A DNA stretch of 64,000 nucleotides from Dudresnaya verticillata (taxonomy: Eukaryota). The position numbers and the translations under genes were made by a program. Location of the stretch: the NCBI GenBank assembly GCA_977862235.1, contig OZ374561.1:310001-374000 (forward strand), read 5' to 3'. Shown here in pieces: positions 56,908 to 64,000 of this stretch (its first letter is position 1; each line of letters begins with the position of its first letter). Below the pieces are notes generated by a model. It was given only the letters and a program-made list of their open reading frames with translations, was not told the origin of the DNA and did not search any database.

Positions 56908-58384
56908 TCAAGCAGAGCTTTCATGCAAATGGTAAGGACCCCCAATACCTAGGACAACGAGTATGAAACCAGCTACACCGTGAAGCAAAATATTGAATGC
57001 AGGCCCAGTCTTGAAAGTAATAGCCATCGCACCGGCCGTGCAGGTAAGCGCGAATGCAGTAGGGCCTACCATGGCCTTTTTCAGCAGCATCCATAATCCG
57101 GCCATGATTAGACCTGCAGCGGCAGAATTGGTGCCCTGTAGCACAGTCTGCGCAGCTTCCACACGACGCAGGCGTTCCCAAAACGGAAGCAGTCCGACCA
57201 TCAGTAACACACCAGGGCCGAATAATCCAATCGACCCGTAGAACGCTCCTGGCCATGACAACACGGCAGCGCCCAAGAACGGCGCCAGATTGAACATCGG
57301 GCCTGGAATACAACCAAAGAGGCCGAAACCTGCAAGGAAGACAGATGTCGGGAGCAGACCAGATTCAACAAACTCACTGATTGTTGTCAATGGATGCATA
57401 GAGAGAGAAAAGAAGAGCGAAAGGTTAGATGGAAAAGTTCGAACTAACGCATCGGGCTTTCCTTTGTCACGAAGCGCAACCATAGAAATATCCTCTCACT
57501 TGAAACCAATCATCAACAACGTACTTCAAAAGCATGGGGACAACGACGATGCCGCCTCCAAACACCAAGAGACCAATCCGCCAGAAAATCTGGAGAATCT
57601 TAAACCCGAGATCGGATGAAGGGAGAATTGCGACCGACACTGTGATGCCAAGGACGACAAGGAGAAGTGTAATACCGACAACGGGAGACACATTGCTCTC
57701 CCACATTTCAGTGTCAGATCCGTTACCTTCGCCCTCGACACCGTGCGATTGATTGAGCTTAGTGACACCATAGTACAGCATGCCGCCACCAACGAGTAAC
57801 ACGATGAAGACCCAGCTTGAGGCCGCGGGTGGGATAGTGACTGCAACGAACATGCTGATGAGTCCAATTGCCATCTTGAGCCTGTTTGTTCCGCATATCT
57901 TTCCAACAATCTTGTACGCAGCTAGAAGCACGAATGCAAATGCTGCGGCAATGAGCCCAACTGCGTGATCAGTGAGCGACTGGATAAGCGCCACAGACCC
58001 GGTGTCATTCAAATGCGAATGGAACCACACACCGGCGCTGGCCATCGCGATGAAGCCGGGGAGGTGCCAGATCATGAAGGTGAGGAAAGCACCGGGCGAG
58101 CCACCGAAGGTGGCTCCAAGCGCGGTGGCAAGCTGAGTAGATCCCGGGCCTGGGAGGGATTGTGCGAGTGCATACAGCTCCAGGAAGGTCGACTCTGGGA
58201 CATGCGGCTCACCTGGGTCGGACTCGACAAACTTCTGGTGGAATAGCGCTACATGTGCCTGCGGGCCGCCAAAGGAGATAAAGGCTAGTGGCCAGAAGGT
58301 GCGCAGGAAGGAGGTGAAGGGGGCCTTGCGCTCCGCAGCAGCGCCATTGCGCGGAAGCAACGGCGCCGTTTCTGAGTTGGGCAT
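56908..58384 (-). CDS. chrA: Chromate ion transporter (long-chain CHR family), 2 exons (intron 57377-57524)
   Basis: FISFGGPQAH, AQSLPGPGSTQ; second half VFGGGIVVVPMLL-N-EFV, IPGPMFN. 148-bp GT-AG intron. Confidence 0.92.
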
Positions 58385-58524
58385 GGCGGCAGCGGGCTAG
58401 TCGGGGAGCGGAATGGATGCTAAGCTGTCAAGGGGGGTTGCGCTCGGATTCTCGCTTCCCTAGAGGATGGGTAAGGCAGGAGGTGGGAACCGCTGATAAC
58501 CGCTCGTGGCAAAGCGAGTCGTGC

Positions 58525-58821
58525 GCATCGCCGTCCCATCCTGCTGCCCCGAATGACGCAATGCGATTAATCAACAATGTCCTCGTGTCGTGGTCAGGTG
58601 CTTCAGAGAGAGGACGTGCGGAGGGGGCTGGTAGGATTGGGGATTGGATGCTGCTTTTTTAACAATAAAAGCCAAAAGGGCTCCACGAGTACGAGATCTG
58701 GCTGCTGTATTCAAGCGCCGAGTAGATGCGAATATTCTTCCGCCGTAATACTGTAGGTGGGTGACAATTGCCGTTGTTGATTAATCGCATTGCGTCAATC
58801 GGGGCAGCAGGACGGCGATGC
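58525..58821. mobile_element. MITE-like element with ~50-bp terminal inverted repeats
   Basis: gcatcgccgtcc(catc)ctgctgccccgaatgacgcaatgcgattaatcaacaa at 58525-58577 and its reverse complement at 58774-58821. Non-coding interior. Confidence 0.65.
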
Positions 58822-59121
58822 TGTCGTACAGATGCACACGTGCGTCCCACAATAAGGCTGGATTCAGGCCCAGGATCCCAGAGCGCCCAGAGAAGTGCTT
58901 CCCATCGGGCCACGGCTTGTCCCATACACCCCGTCACAAAAATAGAATTAAGACGTAAAACAAACAAACAAACAAAAAAAACGAGAAACGACAAGCACGG
59001 CGACCGCAGCCCCCCGGTCCACTGGACAGTCCACCAGGGTCTCGCGAACTGGTCCAGTCCGCGTCTGCAGGTCCCGGTCCAAATGGAATTTCTCCCCGTC
59101 CGTCGCGCCCCGCCGCCGCGA

Positions 59122-59206
59122 CCCGTCCAATGCATCCCCTCCGCCGCGCCCCGTCCAATGCATCCCCTCCGCCGCGCCCCGTCCGATGCATCCCCTCCGC
59201 CGCGCC
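59122..59206. repeat. 28-bp GC-rich tandem repeat x3
   Basis: cccgtccaatgcatcccctccgccgcgc units. Confidence 0.9.
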
Positions 59207-59502
59207 GCGCGCCTCTCCATGCCACCACCGCCGCCAGCCCACGCCCACCCACCGCGGGGCTCGCGCGCGCAGCACTGTCAACGCGGCGCCGTCGCCGCCG
59301 CCGCCGCGCCGACATAGCCGCCGCCACGTAGCCCCCGGCGCGGCGCGCGCGCGCGGCCCGCGCCGCGGCTATAGACGCGCTTGCATGCGGCCGCGCGCCG
59401 CGCCGCGTGGTGCACAAGTTCGTCCCGGCGCACGCTCGCGAGCGCGCCTGCGCGCTGACTCGAGAGACCGCCGCGGCGAGCGCCGTATCGCCCTGCGCGC
59501 TC

Positions 59503-59874
59503 ATGCGACCGCGCAACTGTGCCGCGCCCGCCGTGGCGCTGCTGCTTGGTGCATGCGCGCTTGGCGCTGTCGCTGCTGGTGGTGCTATTCGTACTGCTGG
59601 TGATGGCGCTGTGGCTGAGGGTTGGTGGTGGGGTGCTATCGATGGCGTCATGAGAAAGAAAGCCCCGAATGGTGGTGGAGCGCCAGGGGGAAAGATGGCG
59701 CAGGGGAAGGGAAACCCGGTTGGGAAGAAGCCCGCGCCGCCGAAGAAACAGCAGCCTAAGAAACAGCCCGGGAAGAAGCCTCCACCAAAGAAACAGACGG
59801 GGAAGAATTCCCCACCACGGCCGTCGTTCGTCGCGCCTGCGCCCGCCCCGGCGTGCTCCCTGCTCTCCGATTAA
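59503..59874 (+). CDS. Short secreted-type Lys/Pro-rich ORF, possibly truncated
   Basis: Signal-like AVALLLGACALGAVAAG, then GKKPAPPKKQQPKKQPGKKPPPKK. Confidence 0.45.
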   Translation: MRPRNCAAPAVALLLGACALGAVAAGGAIRTAGDGAVAEGWWWGAIDGVMRKKAPNGGGAPGGKMAQGKGNPVGKKPAPPKKQQPKKQPGKKPPPKKQTGKNSPPRPSFVAPAPAPACSLLSD

Positions 59875-60105
59875 TGAGACGTGATGCTCTGGCCCGAGAG
59901 CAGAGTAATAAAATCATGGGAATGGTGTTGTTGGTCATGCGAGATCCGGTGAAGCCCATTGAAGAGTCACCCTACTTCTACGTCTACGTCTACGTCTACG
60001 TTGCTCAGGCAGAAGGACTCCTCATCAGCAGCGGTGGAAGACGTGGCTGTCGCTGAGCTGGGCTTTTCCACTTCTGGGAATATGCTCACACCAAACACCA
60101 CTTGA

Positions 60106-61192
60106 AAGAGACTGCGTCCTGCTTTTTCAACTTCAGAGCGGGAAAAGCTTGACCTTGACTTTGTTTTATTTATTCGATATGTAACTCGAGGTAATAGTCC
60201 GAGACTGGTTGCGCACAATGCAAGAAGAGCGGCCGAGGTCCTGGCGGAGAGCGGGCTTCCAAAGGAAATGTGGCGAGTCGAGGTTGTCACAGATAATAGG
60301 ATGGACCTTGCCTCACAGATCCCGGAGCCTTCAATTAGCGAAAAAGTGAGTTCCACAAGAGTATACGCTCCCCAATGGGGCAATGTACAAAGCAAGGGCT
60401 CTCAACTATGCAATAGAAGCATCTCCAGCAAGATCAATGGATTGGATTGTACACATTTAGACGAAGAAACACGCTTTGATTCGGATACAATACGGGCGAT
60501 TTTGCAGCACTGTGGCAGGGAAACATACTTGACGAGGGTTACAAAATCACAGCAATGGCCACGAATAGGGCAAGGGCCGATTCTTTATGATTCTTTATGG
60601 ACGTGCCCTAACATATAGATCTGTTGCTGGAGGCAACTTAGGAACTGGAAACTGGTTGACCAGGGCCGAGTCTCCGACGACTGCGGGCGTTATCGGATAC
60701 AGTATGAGTGTGGCGAGGTATGGGTTGGCATGCACGGATCGTTAGAGATTGCCGCGAATTGCGTGGAGCAGGAGGTGACGTTTGACCATGGGGTGGACGG
60801 AAGTATAGCGGAGGACGCGTTTTTCGCACTATTGGCTCGCGCGAAAAACGTGCGGTTTGCTTGGATTGATGCATTAATGTTCGAGCAAAGCCCCGTTCAC
60901 GGTGCAGGACTTTGTTAAGCAACGAGCACGATGGCTTGTTGGTGGGTTGCGAGTAGTCTCTAGCAAACAAATCCCACTGCGCCTGCGGCTTCTCATGAAG
61001 ATGCTGACAGGGTTGTGGGCTCTGATGCTGCTGACACACACGGCACTGATCGTATCGATGCTCTTCGGAAGTGGGGAGGGGCAACGCTCCGCCGGAAACT
61101 ACTACTACTTTCACGTGCTACTGCCACTCTTGGCCGCGGTATCGCTCTGGAACTACACATATAGGACTGTGCTTTATTCATGTAGAGGCTAG
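60106..61192 (+). pseudogene. Egghead/BRE-3-like GT2 beta-1,4-mannosyltransferase pseudogene
   Basis: YVTRG, VEVVTD, (shifted) GAMYKARALNYA, HLDEET, GQGPILY, RVSDDCGR, FDHGVDGSIAEDAFFA, EQSP, (shifted) DFVKQRARWLVG. In-frame stop at 60616 and several frameshifts. Confidence 0.8.
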
Positions 61193-62215
61193 TTGAAACC
61201 GCATGACTTCGTAGCAAAATGACGGAGGAGGTCAGCCTCCGTCTTCCACCCGCCCAGCTCGTAATAACGAGCCGGGCCGGTAGTTTCGTCGTGTGCGTCG
61301 CTACCGCCATGACAGCCGGGACCGACGCCACGCGCACGCAGCTCCACACGGGTCGCGCGGGACGTTCGTCATGTCATGTTACTGAACGTAGGCGGAATGA
61401 CTAGTGGTTAACACAACGACTATGAAATTCTGAAGATCGAACATTGAGACCATGAAATGAAATTATCAAGCATTGAGGTGAATTTATACCGAGATGTCGC
61501 TGTACGCCGTGAGATACAAACTGGTTTTAAGTTCTTTCAGCACCTGCCCCTTTCGAGACATGCGTTGAACCCTCGCGCGCACGGGTTCGAGCCTGCAAGC
61601 CGTTTTGCAGTTGTTGGACTTTTGCTTCTCGTTTCAGCACTTAAGCCGTCGTGTGTGACTGCTTTGAGATGTTCCTACTCTCACCGCTGCGTTTTCCCAG
61701 TCCTTGTCTCACAGGTCCGGTCCAGAGCTGCCCCGATTGGACCATTGGGCTGGTTGCGAGGGCAGCGTGCGGGGCTCCATGGGCCATCTGCTGGACTCTA
61801 CTGGATTGGTGGGTGGGGCGCTCCTAACATGAAATAAAACGACGGATATGTCCAACAGCATTGTCGCCGCAGGACGCACTGTAATGTACAGACTTACTGC
61901 GGGAATTTGGGGTGATTGATAGGTTGGTGCGAAGCACGCGGTTCTGTTCACATAACCAATCGGCTCACGCCAAGTAGCTCAAGCCACCGTTTCAAACCCC
62001 CCATTTCAAACGATCCCTCTTCCCGCCAAACGCTGTGCTCGCAAACACCTTGCCATCCCAAAGTAGGATCGCCCTCGCTTTCGCCAATTCACGGCACAAG
62101 CCGAAAAGCATTGCGTGCAACCGACGCACGGTAGACCTTCAACACCCCAGCCCCCTCGAGTCCATGTCGCCAACACCCACAATACTGCAACTCACTGCAC
62201 CGCGCAAAACGCAAA

Positions 62216-63295
62216 ATGGCCGCGCAACTCCCGCCACTCCATCACCTGCTCTCCACCGTATCAGCCGCCCACACTTCGTCCTGGCAACCGCTTCACCAAC
62301 TGCTCGCGGCCATCATAGCAGAGCTGGCTGAGCTTCGCGCCCGCGTCGATGCTAACGCACATCCGCCGGCTGCACTGGCAAAGTTAGAGCCCGTCCTTCA
62401 CCCTGAACCGAGTGCAACACCCGTCAGAAGCGGTCGAAATTATTCCCCGCCGAACCTAATGGCTTTCGCTCCGAAGCGAAACAAACGCTCCCTGCAGACT
62501 ACCTCCCCGCCACCCGCGACACGGCCTGTTGTGCAACCTGGCCCAAGCCCCCAGCCGGTCTCGTGTTCCTCATCGGAGGAACTCACACAGCCCCCGTCGC
62601 CGCTGCCACAAAACCCACCCACCACGCAGCTCCTCCTCGCTCAGCCTGTTCTGCCGTTGCCGCCGGCTGCCACTGTGCCTCCTCCTGTGCCACCCGAGCG
62701 GACTGCTTCAGCCGTCACCCCGGCCTCAGTTGCGAACAAGTCACCGTCCCCAGCTGCCGGTTCTTCCCAAACGCCGTCTACTGCAGCAAGTACCGGTTCA
62801 CGTCTCAAACGTTCACGGCGGCACTCCAAGCGTCGCCGGTCTGGGATAACGCTCAACATGCTGTACTCGGAAGAACCGGAGCAGGTCACACCTGCGAAAC
62901 CGGTACACAGCGCCCGTACACCGCTGGCTGATAAAACAAACATACCAGAGAAGCGGCCGAGGAGCACCTTGTCTGCGTACAAGTCACCTGGGCAAGCCGT
63001 TCGCGCAGCTGAGAAAATCATAGCTGAGCAGCGACGCCGTGCTGAGCCGCGGTGCAAAGAAGTTGTCCGTGGCGCGGACCGTGCTAACCTTTCCGCCCGT
63101 GCATGCATTGAGTGCAAGGAGTTCTTCCGCAAAGAGGCTGCGGCTGCATCAGACCCCGAACGCGAGTTCGACCGCCTGGTCCAGACGGTTTGTCGCCATC
63201 GCGAAAAGTATCACGCACCACAAACGCCAGATATGTTCTGGAAGCTCTCTTTCGATGAGACGCAGACACAACCACCGCGACCACAGTCCCCGTAA
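62216..63295 (+). CDS. SAE2/CtIP/COM1-like DNA end-resection factor
   Basis: N-terminal helix/coiled coil, disordered Pro/Ser-rich middle, C-terminal EVVRG..R..L....CIEC..FF...CRHR....PQTPDMFW. Confidence 0.88.
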   Translation: MAAQLPPLHHLLSTVSAAHTSSWQPLHQLLAAIIAELAELRARVDANAHPPAALAKLEPVLHPEPSATPVRSGRNYSPPNLMAFAPKRNKRSLQTTSPPPATRPVVQPGPSPQPVSCSSSEELTQPPSPLPQNPPTTQLLLAQPVLPLPPAATVPPPVPPERTASAVTPASVANKSPSPAAGSSQTPSTAASTGSRLKRSRRHSKRRRSGITLNMLYSEEPEQVTPAKPVHSARTPLADKTNIPEKRPRSTLSAYKSPGQAVRAAEKIIAEQRRRAEPRCKEVVRGADRANLSARACIECKEFFRKEAAAASDPEREFDRLVQTVCRHREKYHAPQTPDMFWKLSFDETQTQPPRPQSP

Positions 63296-63537
63296 TCTTT
63301 CTTTGCAGGCGATGTGAAGATGTTTGCAATGGAGGGAAAACGATCCGAGTGAGGTACATGACAACGCTCACCTGCTGATCCCGCGACCCGGTCTAGAATT
63401 GCCGTCAAATATTTGAGAACCGTTGCGCAGTTTCTGCCAAGCACCACACCGCTGCTGCATACCTTCGAAAGTACCCAAAGCTCAGTTGTTGTCAGGCATT
63501 GTGCGAACCGGTGCCTGTTCCATCTTTTGTGTTCGCA

Positions 63538-63765
63538 ATGGCCTCGCTTACGCCCTTACCAGCTCGAAGTGTGAAAATCCTTAGCCTCGTATGTACCGTC
63601 GGTGCCAGCGCCGCCCTGCTGTTCTCGACCCCCGAGCTTGACCAAAACAACCGACCACATGTACTCACAGGTGTGCGACGCTTCCTCCGCCCAAGGAGCT
63701 CTGGTTCTACAGATATCAGTGATGACGATCAGACCACGGCCTATCCGGAACTACGCCAAAAGTGA
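63538..63765 (+). CDS. Small single-pass membrane protein (75 aa)
   Basis: One hydrophobic segment followed by PHVLTGVRRFL. Confidence 0.5.
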   Translation: MASLTPLPARSVKILSLVCTVGASAALLFSTPELDQNNRPHVLTGVRRFLRPRSSGSTDISDDDQTTAYPELRQK

Positions 63766-64000
63766 CAATCACCAAGCAAGATCACTGCATCCAAGGCGAT
63801 GATAAGAGTGGAAGAGTCAAGCCCTGCTGCAATCAATGTACAAGGCCTTGAGCCGGCGGGGCCAAAAGTATGTTCTTATCGTCGGTACCGGTATACTACA
63901 ATCAAACCAAACGCGAGCACGAAAGAAAGACCTAAGGCAACATGCATGGTGCGAACTGTGTTCTTCGTGCGCGTCAGCCCCGTCCTAGGATAAAGTCTTG

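Noticed and set aside
57377..57524. TTGATGA C-box-like motif in the chromate transporter intron
   Set aside because: No canonical CTGA D box and no recognisable rRNA guide.
58659..59651. 330-aa minus-strand Ala/Arg-rich ORF and other antisense ORFs in GC-rich genes
   Set aside because: Shadow frames caused by high GC content and repeats.
61565..61600. GGTTCGAGCC tRNA T-loop-like sequence
   Set aside because: No cloverleaf; T-stem does not pair.
1..64000. CRISPR array, operon or biosynthetic gene cluster
   Set aside because: No repeat-spacer arrays. Neighbouring genes are functionally unrelated eukaryotic housekeeping genes in mixed orientation.

Overview
Eukaryotic nuclear DNA: gene-dense and intron-poor, with short GT-AG introns carrying CTAAC/CTGAC branch points. 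Several N-termini look like red-algal plastid transit peptides (Ala-Phe near the start, Ser/Pro/Arg-rich). This best fits a florideophyte red alga of the Chondrus/Gracilaria type, which is an inference. There are about 28 intact genes, including HPPD (5' truncated), a SnRK/CIPK-like kinase, a DUF218 protein, glutathione reductase, DUF1295, an alpha/beta hydrolase, DapB, a scramblase, a FIST-domain protein, a bZIP, SRP54, an MDR dehydrogenase, a tetraspanin, HemB, an EXPERA-like protein, TrpF, Cmc1-like, eIF3b, primase large subunit, CLEC16A/TT9, Ac45-like, PRMT1, a CBS protein, a chromate transporter and SAE2/CtIP. Five genes were rebuilt across introns. Features not visible in the ORF track: a box C/D snoRNA inside the unusually long eIF3b intron with an LSU rRNA guide, a frameshifted egghead-like mannosyltransferase pseudogene, a ~2.6 kb decayed gene with possible HET-like motifs, a MITE-like inverted-repeat element and several tandem duplications. 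The best candidate for new biology is a stand-alone FIST/NosP-like sensor protein that appears to be plastid-targeted. All family assignments come from motif recognition by eye; no searches were run.
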